From positions 1 to 46,695 of IMG/VR virus record IMGVR_UViG_3300026299_000088: a stretch of DNA of 46,695 nucleotides. One strand, given 5' to 3'. The notes under the pieces were generated by a model. It did not search any database and was not told the origin of the DNA. It worked only from the letters and a program-made list of their open reading frames with translations. Origin of the DNA: a virus. The translations under genes were made by a program, and so were the position numbers. Within the stretch, counting starts at the first letter, position 1. Each line of letters begins with the position of its first letter. Shown here one piece after another: positions 36,420 to 44,700 of the stretch.

Positions 36420-36800
36420 TCAGTGCGTCGCCGGCACCGGCAGCAATGCCCGGTTCGCCAGCGCCTCGGATTCTTCCCAATAGACCACCGTGTCCAGGTC
36501 GCCCCGGCACACGCGCACGCGGTAGGTGCCGGGGATCGCCAGCACCACCTGGTTGTGGCGCTCGCACAGCACCGTCTTGCAGCCGTCGATCCGGTACGTC
36601 GCCCACAGTTCCGGCGCGCTCGGCGGCGCGCAGCAGGCGTCCGCTGGGTCCTTGATCCGCGGGTGGATCAGCAGTTCGACCTCGGCGCAGCCGTGGCCGG
36701 CGAAGCGCAGGATCACAGGCGCGAACGTCACTTCCACGTTCGGCGCCTCGTCCGCCAGCGTCGGCAGCGCGCCGTAGTACAGGAAGCCCTCACGCGCCAT
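36420..36800 (-). CDS. Beta-rich putative virion protein, paralog of 32946..33344
   Basis: SD AGGAG; PGTYRV motif; Cys-rich. Confidence 0.65.
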   Translation of the reverse strand: MAREGFLYYGALPTLADEAPNVEVTFAPVILRFAGHGCAEVELLIHPRIKDPADACCAPPSAPELWATYRIDGCKTVLCERHNQVVLAIPGTYRVRVCRGDLDTVVYWEESEALANRALLPVPATH

Positions 36801-37125
36801 GGCCGGGCTCCTGCGGGGGTTCCTGGGCGATCACTTCCACCAGCGGATCGCGCTCGATCGTGCGCCACAGCGCTCGCACCATCCGCAGCAGCAACTGCCA
36901 CTTCGCGGCCGACTTCGCCGGGACGAACACGACCGGGTCCTGCCAGTACAGCGTGCGCCGCTGCGCGCGGTCGCTGACGCCGTCCGGCCGGTAGCCGGCG
37001 CTGCGGTTGCCGAAGCGCACGAAGAAGGCCTGCGCGTGCGCGTCGATGCGGTGGACGAAGCCGGGGCCGTAGACGATGTCGAACACGGCATCGCCCGGCA
37101 GAAGGTCTTCACCGTCGAGTTTCAT
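36790..37125 (-). CDS. Phage hypothetical protein (SH3-like N-terminus)
   Basis: Start re-called at MKLDGEDLLPGDAVFDIVYGPG.V; host-like codon usage. Confidence 0.6.
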   Translation of the reverse strand: MKLDGEDLLPGDAVFDIVYGPGFVHRIDAHAQAFFVRFGNRSAGYRPDGVSDRAQRRTLYWQDPVVFVPAKSAAKWQLLLRMVRALWRTIERDPLVEVIAQEPPQEPGHGA

Positions 37126-37201
37126 GGGGGTCTCTTGTCGGGATCGGAGAGGTGGCTCAGCGGGATCAGAGCCGTGGTTCAGCAGGATCGGATCGGTCGC
37201 A

Positions 37202-39304
37202 TCACAGGGCATCGCCGCGGAGCGCATCGACGACGCTGCCCTGGCGGCCATCCAGCGCCGGCATCGCCGTCGCAGGGGCGGTCGCAGGCGTCGTGCGCGC
37301 CCCCGTGCCTTCGCCCGCGTTCGCGGGGTCCAGCGGCGGCGTGCCCGGTGCGTTCATGGGCAGCGCCTTCCCAAAGATCAGATCGGGATTGAAGCCTTGC
37401 AGGCCCACCCAGTCGCGCAGCAGGTTCACCAGCCCTTCCCGCGGCAACAATCCGCCCTGTGCGAACGGCGTGATCGCCTGCAGCGTCTCCACGGTGCGCG
37501 CCTGGCGCATCTCGCGGGCCATGATCCCCTTCGCGCCGCGCGCGACGACGGTCGCATCGGCCTTTAGGCTCGCATCGGGGTTCAGCAGCATGTTCAGCAG
37601 GTAGTACGCGGCGATGGTCGGCTCGATCAGGTGCTTGTCGAGGTTGCCGATCGCTTGCTTGATGCCGCGCAGCGCGCTGTTGTAGAGCAGGCTCAGGCCG
37701 CCCATCGTCGCCGCCGCACCCGTCGCCGGCGTCGTGCCGCCGTAGGCGTAGGCCGGCACGCCGCTGACCTCGTCGGCGAGCCGCCAGTAGGCTTGCAACA
37801 CCGCGTTCAACTCCGCCGCGACGCTCGGAATCTTCTCCATGTTGATCGCCCGGCCCTTGCCGGCGCCCTGGGTATAGAACACGCGATACGGGCGCACCAG
37901 GTTCGGCGCGTCCTCGCTCTCGTCGAGCAGGTCGAGGTTGATCTCGGCGATGGGGCCGGAGGCGTAGGCCATGTTCTGCACCAGCCGGCGCGCCGCGGAG
38001 TTCACCTGGCGCTGCACGTCGCGCAGGATCTGCCCGAGGCCCTCGCCCCAGAAGCTGCCGGGCAGGCGCGAGAACGACGCGACCTGATACGGCCGTTGCC
38101 CGGTCGGGATCGGGTTGAGCAGCGAACGCAGCACCAGGTCGCCCAGCAGCCAGACGTTCGCCTCGTAGTAGGCGTCCGGATCGACCGCGCGTTCGCCGAA
38201 CACGGCGCTCGGCGGCAGCCCTTCGAGTTGGCACCACTCCAGCAGCACCGCGCCGGGCACCCGGCCCCAGAAGTCCACCACGTCATAGGTGCCGTCATGG
38301 CCCGTGGACGAGGCGTTCGAGGCGCCCCAGGCGCCCGCGGTCGCCAGTCCTTCCAACTGCGCGCGCTCGTTCGCCACCGGATCGCCGCAGGCGTAACCGC
38401 CCGGATGCAGCGTCAGCGCCGCGCGGATCGCGCGCTCGGAGAAGTTCGGCAGGCCGATGCAGTCCGACAGCGCCTTGCCGGTCATCGGCATGCGCTCGCA
38501 CAGGTAGCTGCCATCCTGCGGATTGGTCGCATCCGGCGCCGGGTACAGGTCGAAGGGCGAGACACGCTCGACCCGGACCTTCGTGCGCGCCACGATCCGC
38601 AGCCGCTCGCCGTCCCACTGCGGCGCCTGCACCCGGCGCACGATGGGCGACTTCAGGACTGCCCCGGGGAACACGGTCAGGTCCTCGATCGCCGCGTCGA
38701 ACGCCTCGCGCCAGCCACCCTCCTCCAGCTGGTCGGCGATGTGCTTCTCCATCCGCGCGCAGGCCTCGCGCGCCGTCTCCAGCACGATGTCCGCCGCCAC
38801 GTCTTCGAGTTGCTTGATCCGCGCCTGCACCTGATACGGGGCGAGGTACCGGAGTTCGACGCCGCTGCGCTGCACCTCCACCAGGAACGCCTGCCGAGCC
38901 GCGAGCTTGCCGGCGTCGGACAGTTCGGGGATGGGGGTTGGCTCCACGGTCCACGGCTTGTCCTCGGCGTTGGCGAGGGTGTCGCGTATCCACGCCTGCG
39001 CCGCGCGCATCTTCATGCTCGCCAGCGGCATGTAGACATCGATTCCGTCCAGCGCCCGCGCCAGTTCCGGGTCGTACTCGTTGTGGCGCATGCGCAGGCA
39101 GCGCATCATCGTCTCGTGGACGCTGGCGCCGTTGCGCCACACGACCGCTTCCTTGTGGCGCTTCGCCCGAGTAAAGGCGTCGCGCACGAACGTGCCCAGG
39201 CGCGAGCGCAGGCCGACCGACTGTTCGACCTGATAGGCGTGCGCAGCCTGCTCCCGCCGCAGCAGGAGGTCGCTGGCGGCATTGGCGGGGTTGGACAGAC
39301 TCAC
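37202..39304 (-). CDS. Portal protein
   Basis: 700 aa following terL. PWTVEPTPIPEL, RVSPFDLYPAP, PGSFWGEGL, LADEVSGVP and TMGGLSLL are podophage portal-type motifs. GTG start. Confidence 0.85.
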   Translation of the reverse strand: MSLSNPANAASDLLLRREQAAHAYQVEQSVGLRSRLGTFVRDAFTRAKRHKEAVVWRNGASVHETMMRCLRMRHNEYDPELARALDGIDVYMPLASMKMRAAQAWIRDTLANAEDKPWTVEPTPIPELSDAGKLAARQAFLVEVQRSGVELRYLAPYQVQARIKQLEDVAADIVLETAREACARMEKHIADQLEEGGWREAFDAAIEDLTVFPGAVLKSPIVRRVQAPQWDGERLRIVARTKVRVERVSPFDLYPAPDATNPQDGSYLCERMPMTGKALSDCIGLPNFSERAIRAALTLHPGGYACGDPVANERAQLEGLATAGAWGASNASSTGHDGTYDVVDFWGRVPGAVLLEWCQLEGLPPSAVFGERAVDPDAYYEANVWLLGDLVLRSLLNPIPTGQRPYQVASFSRLPGSFWGEGLGQILRDVQRQVNSAARRLVQNMAYASGPIAEINLDLLDESEDAPNLVRPYRVFYTQGAGKGRAINMEKIPSVAAELNAVLQAYWRLADEVSGVPAYAYGGTTPATGAAATMGGLSLLYNSALRGIKQAIGNLDKHLIEPTIAAYYLLNMLLNPDASLKADATVVARGAKGIMAREMRQARTVETLQAITPFAQGGLLPREGLVNLLRDWVGLQGFNPDLIFGKALPMNAPGTPPLDPANAGEGTGARTTPATAPATAMPALDGRQGSVVDALRGDAL

Positions 39305-39310
39305 GGAAGA

Positions 39311-39913
39311 TCAATTGCCAGACGCTGGTTTCGGGGCCGATTGCAACGACACCGGCTTTAACCGACAACGCGGGGAATTGATCGGATAGGCGTCGTACTC
39401 GCCCGCGAACCAGTCGAACATGAACTGCGGCGAACATTCCTCCGGCTCGGATTGTGCCAACCGAACGAATCTCCGCGGGAGAGTCAACACCCACAAGTGT
39501 TTCCGGATGTTGCCTGACAGCGCAAGCAGCGCCATTCCGATGAAAGCACGATGATGCGCCATTCCATAGGGCGCTTCGTTGGGATAGAGCAGATCCAAGT
39601 CCGCCTGATTCCGACAGCACAGCAGCACGGCACTGCCCACCAGGAGTTTGGATGGATTCGTCCCGCGCTTGACCGCGCGCCTCATGGACTCGATGCGCTT
39701 GTCGATGTCATCTTCGACGAATTCAATCGCACGCCCGATCACCGAGGAAAGGTCACTGTTGTTGATCGACTCATCGGAGATGCGCTCATTGTTGCGAATG
39801 TCCCGCTCCGTCACCCCAATCGAAAATCCCTGAAATTCGTTGCAAATCCTCGCAACCAGGGCGTGCGTCAGGCCAAGCCGCTGCCTTCGCAACTTCAATT
39901 CCGTTCCGTACAT
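39311..39913 (-). CDS. HTH protein, Aca2/YdiL (DUF1870)-like, inserted between terL and portal
   Basis: MYGTELKLRRQRLGLT...VTERDIRNNE XRE-type HTH; SD GAGG; lower GC than its neighbours. Confidence 0.55.
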   Translation of the reverse strand: MYGTELKLRRQRLGLTHALVARICNEFQGFSIGVTERDIRNNERISDESINNSDLSSVIGRAIEFVEDDIDKRIESMRRAVKRGTNPSKLLVGSAVLLCCRNQADLDLLYPNEAPYGMAHHRAFIGMALLALSGNIRKHLWVLTLPRRFVRLAQSEPEECSPQFMFDWFAGEYDAYPINSPRCRLKPVSLQSAPKPASGN

Positions 39914-39939
39914 TCAATGCCTCTCGTCTGTTGTCCTGT

Positions 39940-41397
39940 TCACCACGCGAATGCACCATCGGACGACACCGCGCGTCGCGCGCTGCTGGTCCCCTTCGGG
40001 AACACCGCGCCGATGTCGTAGATACGCGCCAGACTGTCGAGCATGTCGTCGTGGACGCCGGCCGGGAACGTCAGGTATTCCTCGTTGATGAACCGGTCGA
40101 CCACGTCCACCGGCGTACCGTCGTTCAACGCCTTCGGCAGCGCCCGCGGCAACCACCAGCGGCCGTTCTCGAAGTCGGGCTCCAGGCGCTTGATCCTCGC
40201 CTCCTTGGACATTTGCCCGCCCAACTCCAGCACGGCGAAGCGGTAGTTCTCCGTCTCCATCGCGACGCTGAGGTGTTCGATGTCCGCATCCTTGCCGTAC
40301 TTCTCGTACCCGACCTTGTGCGGCCTCCACTTGCGGTGCATGCGGATCGTCATCGCCGCGCGCTCGCGTAGGTTGAGCCGGTCGCGCACCGCATCGAGCA
40401 GGTAGTACCGGCCATCGGTATTGAGCCCGACCACGACCGCGGCCGTGAAGTCGGACTTCTTCGCTTTGCTCCCGGCAGGATCGACCAGCAGATAGCGATT
40501 CATCGGCCGGGCGATGGTGATCGGGATGCTGTCGTACTCGCGCAGCCACGCGCGCTTGAAGAACCCGCCGGTGCCGGCGACCGGGCGCTGCATGTAGAGC
40601 GCTTCCCAGTCCCGGCTGCCGCTCACGACCCGCTTGCGCGCCAGTGCGTCCTCACTGAAGCGCTCCGGGCACAGCGCCTGCCCGACCTCGCGGCCCAGCG
40701 CGTCGCCTTCCAGCGCCAGCGCCGGCAGGTTGATGACCTCCCAGTCCTCCTGCGGATGCTCGCGCAGCAGCCAGCCGGCAAGGTCGTCCTCGTGCCAGCG
40801 CGTGTGCATCACGATCAGGATCGAGTCCTCGGCCAGTCGCGGGTACACCACCGAGGTGAACCACGTCTTGGTGGACTCGCGGATGCGCTCGGACTCGGCT
40901 TCCTCACGCGACTTGAACGGGTCGTCGATGATGAAGACCTTGGCAGGGAAGCCGGTCGCGCCACCGCGGATCGTGGTGCCGAGGTACAACCCACCCTCGG
41001 TGGTCTTGAAGTACGTCTTGCCGGTCGTGCTGCCGTCCAGTCGCGAGGCCGGGAACACCGCCGCATGTACCGGCGAGGCCAGCTGGTCGCGCACCGCCTG
41101 CCCGTTCTCCTCGGCCAGGTCGATGCCGTAGCTGGCGGCGATGATCGGCCAGTCGGGGTGCTTGCCGAAGATCCACGGCGGCAACTGCTTGGACACCAGC
41201 CGGCTCTTGCCGTGCTGCGGCGGGGCAAAGACCATGATCCGGCCCCGCCCACGCGCCACCGCCGCTTCCAGCCGCCGCGCGACGTGGCGATGCCAGCGGT
41301 ACGCGACGTACTTCGGGTCGCCCAGGATGGAGTAGGCCAGCAGGTTGTCCTGCGCTTCGCACAGGAACGCCTGCACCGCCGGATCAGCCTGGCGCAT
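39940..41397 (-). CDS. terL: Terminase large subunit
   Basis: PPQHGKS Walker A, IIDDP Walker B, TRWHEDDLAG, LLVDPA..SDFTA and HDDMLD nuclease motifs. Confidence 0.95.
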   Translation of the reverse strand: MRQADPAVQAFLCEAQDNLLAYSILGDPKYVAYRWHRHVARRLEAAVARGRGRIMVFAPPQHGKSRLVSKQLPPWIFGKHPDWPIIAASYGIDLAEENGQAVRDQLASPVHAAVFPASRLDGSTTGKTYFKTTEGGLYLGTTIRGGATGFPAKVFIIDDPFKSREEAESERIRESTKTWFTSVVYPRLAEDSILIVMHTRWHEDDLAGWLLREHPQEDWEVINLPALALEGDALGREVGQALCPERFSEDALARKRVVSGSRDWEALYMQRPVAGTGGFFKRAWLREYDSIPITIARPMNRYLLVDPAGSKAKKSDFTAAVVVGLNTDGRYYLLDAVRDRLNLRERAAMTIRMHRKWRPHKVGYEKYGKDADIEHLSVAMETENYRFAVLELGGQMSKEARIKRLEPDFENGRWWLPRALPKALNDGTPVDVVDRFINEEYLTFPAGVHDDMLDSLARIYDIGAVFPKGTSSARRAVSSDGAFAW

Positions 41398-41983
41398 CTC
41401 GCTGCAGGATTTCTTCGGCGAGCTTGCGGCGCTGCTCCTGCGTCAGGTGTTCGCTGGCATCGAACACCCCCAGCGCGCCGCTGTGCTTGAGCTGCTGGGC
41501 GAACATGCCGATCTGCAGGCCCAGCAGGTGCAGCGGTTTGATGCGATCGACCAGCCGGAAGCGCTTGGTGTGGCCCACGACCTGACGTTCGCCGTCGACG
41601 ACCGCCTCGATCTCCTGCACCTCGATCGACTGGATCAGCGCCGCCTGCTGCGGGGTCAGTTCGGTGATCTCGCGGACGCTGCCGTCGGCGTTGAACAGCG
41701 CACGGATGTCGCCCATGCCCATCCACGCCAGCTGACGCATGATCGCGGCCTGATCGACCTCCGCCATCGCCTGCAACGCGCTCTGGCGTCCGCTGAGGAA
41801 GTCTTTCACCGCCTCGTTCGCGAGCAACCGCGAGGCGGCGTCCTGCGCCAGCTTGCGCGTGCCGGCCTTGTAGCCGGCGCGCAGGTACGCGGCGCCGGCA
41901 TCGAAGTCCAGCAGGTACTCGTCGCAGAACCGGCGCTGCATCGGGTTCAGCCCGGTCGCCGGATCGACTCTCACACGGGGCAT
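41384..41983 (-). CDS. terS: Terminase small subunit
   Basis: LNPMQRRFCDEYLLDFDAGAAYLRAGY..ASRLL Terminase_2-type N-terminus; overlaps terL. Confidence 0.9.
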   Translation of the reverse strand: MPRVRVDPATGLNPMQRRFCDEYLLDFDAGAAYLRAGYKAGTRKLAQDAASRLLANEAVKDFLSGRQSALQAMAEVDQAAIMRQLAWMGMGDIRALFNADGSVREITELTPQQAALIQSIEVQEIEAVVDGERQVVGHTKRFRLVDRIKPLHLLGLQIGMFAQQLKHSGALGVFDASEHLTQEQRRKLAEEILQRDAPG

Positions 41984-41987
41984 GGAA

Positions 41988-42152
41988 TCACACCTGGGCG
42001 AGGATCAGCAGCGCCAAGGCCAGCGCACAGGCGATGCCGAACCCGACCACCGCGCCGCGCCAGAACAGGCACACGGCGCAGTCGATGAAGAGGTACTCCG
42101 GCAACCACGCGAGCAGGCGCCACCACAACGGATCACGCTCGGGCGTCGTCAC
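41988..42152 (-). CDS. 54-aa membrane protein, holin candidate (absent from the ORF track)
   Basis: GTG start overlapping the upstream TGA. MTTPERDPLWWRLLAWLPEYLFIDCAVCLFWRGAVVGFGIACALALALLILAQV has a C-terminal TM helix and CxxC. Confidence 0.55.
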   Translation of the reverse strand: MTTPERDPLWWRLLAWLPEYLFIDCAVCLFWRGAVVGFGIACALALALLILAQV

Positions 42153-42307
42153 GATTGCACCGCCTCGCCCGCAGGCGGCGACACCGGCGTGCGCGCCGGC
42201 TCGGGAACCGGCGCATTCGGGACAGCAGGGGACGGCGTGGCGGGCCGCGGCGTGTGCGCAGGGCGCACCTCACCGGGCCGCACCAACGGGCGGCAGCGAC
42301 AGGGCAT
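42149..42307 (-). CDS. 52-aa Pro-rich peptide (MPCRC...)
   Basis: SD AAGGA before ATG 42307; coupled to the downstream membrane protein. Confidence 0.4.
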   Translation of the reverse strand: MPCRCRPLVRPGEVRPAHTPRPATPSPAVPNAPVPEPARTPVSPPAGEAVQS

Positions 42308-42348
42308 GGGATTGTCCTTGAGGGGAAGGGAGGCGGCAGATGCGCCGA

Positions 42349-42633
42349 TTACGTGCCTTGCGACGCGCTCAACGCGCGCACGGTCAGTTCCCCGCGCGCA
42401 TGCTCGACCAGGCGCAGGTTCTCCAGCGGATTGCCGTCCGAGCACCACACGCGCAACACCCCGGCCTGGTCGCGAACGACGATCAGGATCGAGCGCGCCC
42501 CTGCGCCGGCAGCGGCGATCAGGGCGTCATCGACGGGGCTGCACGGCGTCATGCCGGAGGCCGGGGCCATACCGGCGCGCAGCGTGCGCGAACGGCGGGC
42601 CGATCCGGGGGAAGTCTTGCGCGGGGAGGTCAT
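42349..42633 (-). CDS. Phage hypothetical protein
   Basis: SD AGAAGGA before MTSPRK; C-terminal ILIVVRD..G.L..WCS alpha/beta segment. Confidence 0.55.
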   Translation of the reverse strand: MTSPRKTSPGSARRSRTLRAGMAPASGMTPCSPVDDALIAAAGAGARSILIVVRDQAGVLRVWCSDGNPLENLRLVEHARGELTVRALSASQGT

Positions 42634-42832
42634 GTTCCTTCTGCCTTGGTTGTCATACATCAATGCGTCGGGGCCCGCTGCGCGCCATTCCGCACACTTG
42701 CGGAACGATCACGCACCGTCCTGTGCGCGTCATGCCGGCGAAGGGCATCCCTCGCCGACGATCCTCTGGCCCATTCTGGCCATTGCGTTCAGGTTCCCCG
42801 GAACGACGATGGCCGCACGCGCCAGGCGGGGC

Positions 42833-43402
42833 TCAGCCCCGCATCAGGCGGGCCAGCGCGGCCCGCATGCGTTGCGGATAGCGGTTCTCCGCGTATCGCG
42901 GGCCGTTGTAGCCCTGCGCGAACGCCTCGAAGTCGCTCCGCACCAGCGCATCTGCCAGTCCTTCGCTGCGGATGAAGCGCACGAAGGCGTCCAGATGACG
43001 CTGTTCCTTTTCTTGCATCGCGAACGCCATGTGCGTGACGTTCGCGAATCCCGCCTTCTCCGCGTTGAAGCCCATGAGCTGGAACAGGCCCCACGATGCG
43101 GACTTGAGCGCAGCATCGGGATCCAGTTGCAGCGCCTCTTCCAGGCGGGCGTATTCGACCTCGCCGCCTCGATACAGGTTCCGGTTCCACGTTTTCGACG
43201 AAATCGCCGGGTGCGTGGTGTCGAACCGGTGCACGGTCAGACGCGAGAACACGTGCGCCTCGAACAGGATCACTACGCGGCCGGACGAGAGCATGCCGCG
43301 ATCCAGCGACTCCACCGTCGCCACCGCCTGCACGACCTCGCGACGACAGCCCAGTGCTTGCGCCGCGCGTTCGTAGTCGGCAACCGACAGGCTTGTGGAC
43401 AT
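42833..43402 (-). CDS. Endolysin, N-acetylmuramidase (DUF3380/Muramidase family)
   Basis: AVATVES..G....ILFEAHVF, ALKSASWGLFQLMGFN and FAQGYNGP.Y..N.Y; start re-called at MSTSLS (SD GAGG). Confidence 0.92.
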   Translation of the reverse strand: MSTSLSVADYERAAQALGCRREVVQAVATVESLDRGMLSSGRVVILFEAHVFSRLTVHRFDTTHPAISSKTWNRNLYRGGEVEYARLEEALQLDPDAALKSASWGLFQLMGFNAEKAGFANVTHMAFAMQEKEQRHLDAFVRFIRSEGLADALVRSDFEAFAQGYNGPRYAENRYPQRMRAALARLMRG

Positions 43403-43420
43403 GGCGACCTCGATGAAAGG

Positions 43421-43601
43421 TGGCCCATGCCGGCGTTCGGCGTGTGCAGCGAGGGAACAGGAACCGCCGTCGACCTTGGGGGGAAGTCGATCGTGCGGGG
43501 ACTGCACACTGGCGCGGCGACGCCTCTCGGCGAACCCGGTGGCGCATTGACCGCCCGGCATGGGCCATGAAGTGAACCCGCCGACCGGATGCGGTCGGGG
43601 G
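43421..43601 (-). promoter_or_regulatory. Structured late leader: tR'-like hairpin plus a 147-nt domain closed by a 13-bp stem
   Basis: CCGACCG/CGGTCGG hairpin at 43581-43598 followed by a pyrimidine-rich tail. TGGCCCATGCCGG (43421-43433) pairs with CCGGCATGGGCCA (43555-43567). Confidence 0.5.
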
Positions 43602-43657
43602 GTATCGGCTCGGGAGAAGCATCGGCTACCGCCAGACGCACATCTCCACCATGGCCC

Positions 43658-43721
43658 TTTGTACCGGACGGGGTTGCTCCCGTCAAGTATTTTAAACCTT
43701 GCGGTGTTTCTTTAAACCTTG
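43658..43721 (-). promoter_or_regulatory. Candidate late promoter (pR'-like) with upstream 11-bp direct repeats
   Basis: TTGACG (43681-43686), 17-nt spacer, TACAAA (43658-43663). CAAGGTTTAAA at 43691-43701 and 43711-43721. Lies between Q and the endolysin. Confidence 0.6.
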
Positions 43722-43872
43722 GTCATCCTTCTCTACTTCAAATCGCCTGCATTTGCAGTCTTTCGTGCGGACTGCGCGGCGGTGCCAGGGGCACCCGCCG
43801 CCTCGTTTTACAAAATATTTACACCTTCCGTCACGAATTGCAAAGTCGCTCGCGGCTGTCACCCGCGCCACC

Positions 43873-44700
43873 TCACCGCCCCAGCCGCTGCGAGAAACGC
43901 ACCAGCGCCTCACGCTCCAACTCGCGCAGCACCGCCAGTTCGCGCTCGTGCACGGCATTGATCCACACGCGATAGAACTCGCCGCGCACGCCCACCGCCT
44001 TCGCACGGCGCTTGTACGACCACGCCGTCGTGCCTTGGCCGTGGCAGCCGTCGCACGATGCGAATTCCGCTCGCACCTTGCGCGTCGTGTCCGCCACCAG
44101 CCGCAGCCGGTGGCCCACGCCCTTGCAGACCATGCACGGCCGCGGCTGCGCGTACTCGGCTAGCACGGCGCGCGCCACGGCCTCCCAGAACGCGCCCTGC
44201 GCGATCCGCGGCGCGAGCGCGGCCTCGGCCTCCGGCGAGGACTGGGCGAGCGCCTGCGCCTGCCTGCGCACGCGTGCGGCCACCAGCGCCACCAAACGCA
44301 GCTTGCGGCTGTACTCCACCGCCTGCACCCCGCGCCGGCAGGCCGCCACGCGCTTGGCGACGTCGGACTCGGGCGAGACCCGCCTCCTGCTGACCCCCTC
44401 GCGACGGGGGACGGGCGACGACGTGTCCGCAGCCGGTGCCGGCGCCGCCGCGACCTTGCGCACCTCCGGTCCCTCGAAGGCCTCCGGCCAGTGGCGCAGG
44501 CACAGCACCTCGACCGCCAGGCGGTCGCGCACGCTACCGCGGGCGGCCAGTCCCAGCGCCGCCGCGATGTCCTGCGGCGTCAGCGAGGGAATGCCGCCCT
44601 GCCCTGGCATGCGCGGCATGGACTTCGGCGCCAGCCGCGCCAACAGTTTCGCGGCGCTGCCCAGGCGATCGGCGTCGTCGAACGATCCCGCGCCGCTCAT
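43873..44700 (-). CDS. Lambda-Q-like late antitermination protein
   Basis: LTPQDIAAALG, zinc finger CMVCKGVG..CDGCHGQG and a C-terminal HTH-like segment; SD AAGGAGG; ATGA overlap; upstream of lysis genes. Confidence 0.8.
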   Translation of the reverse strand: MSGAGSFDDADRLGSAAKLLARLAPKSMPRMPGQGGIPSLTPQDIAAALGLAARGSVRDRLAVEVLCLRHWPEAFEGPEVRKVAAAPAPAADTSSPVPRREGVSRRRVSPESDVAKRVAACRRGVQAVEYSRKLRLVALVAARVRRQAQALAQSSPEAEAALAPRIAQGAFWEAVARAVLAEYAQPRPCMVCKGVGHRLRLVADTTRKVRAEFASCDGCHGQGTTAWSYKRRAKAVGVRGEFYRVWINAVHERELAVLRELEREALVRFSQRLGR

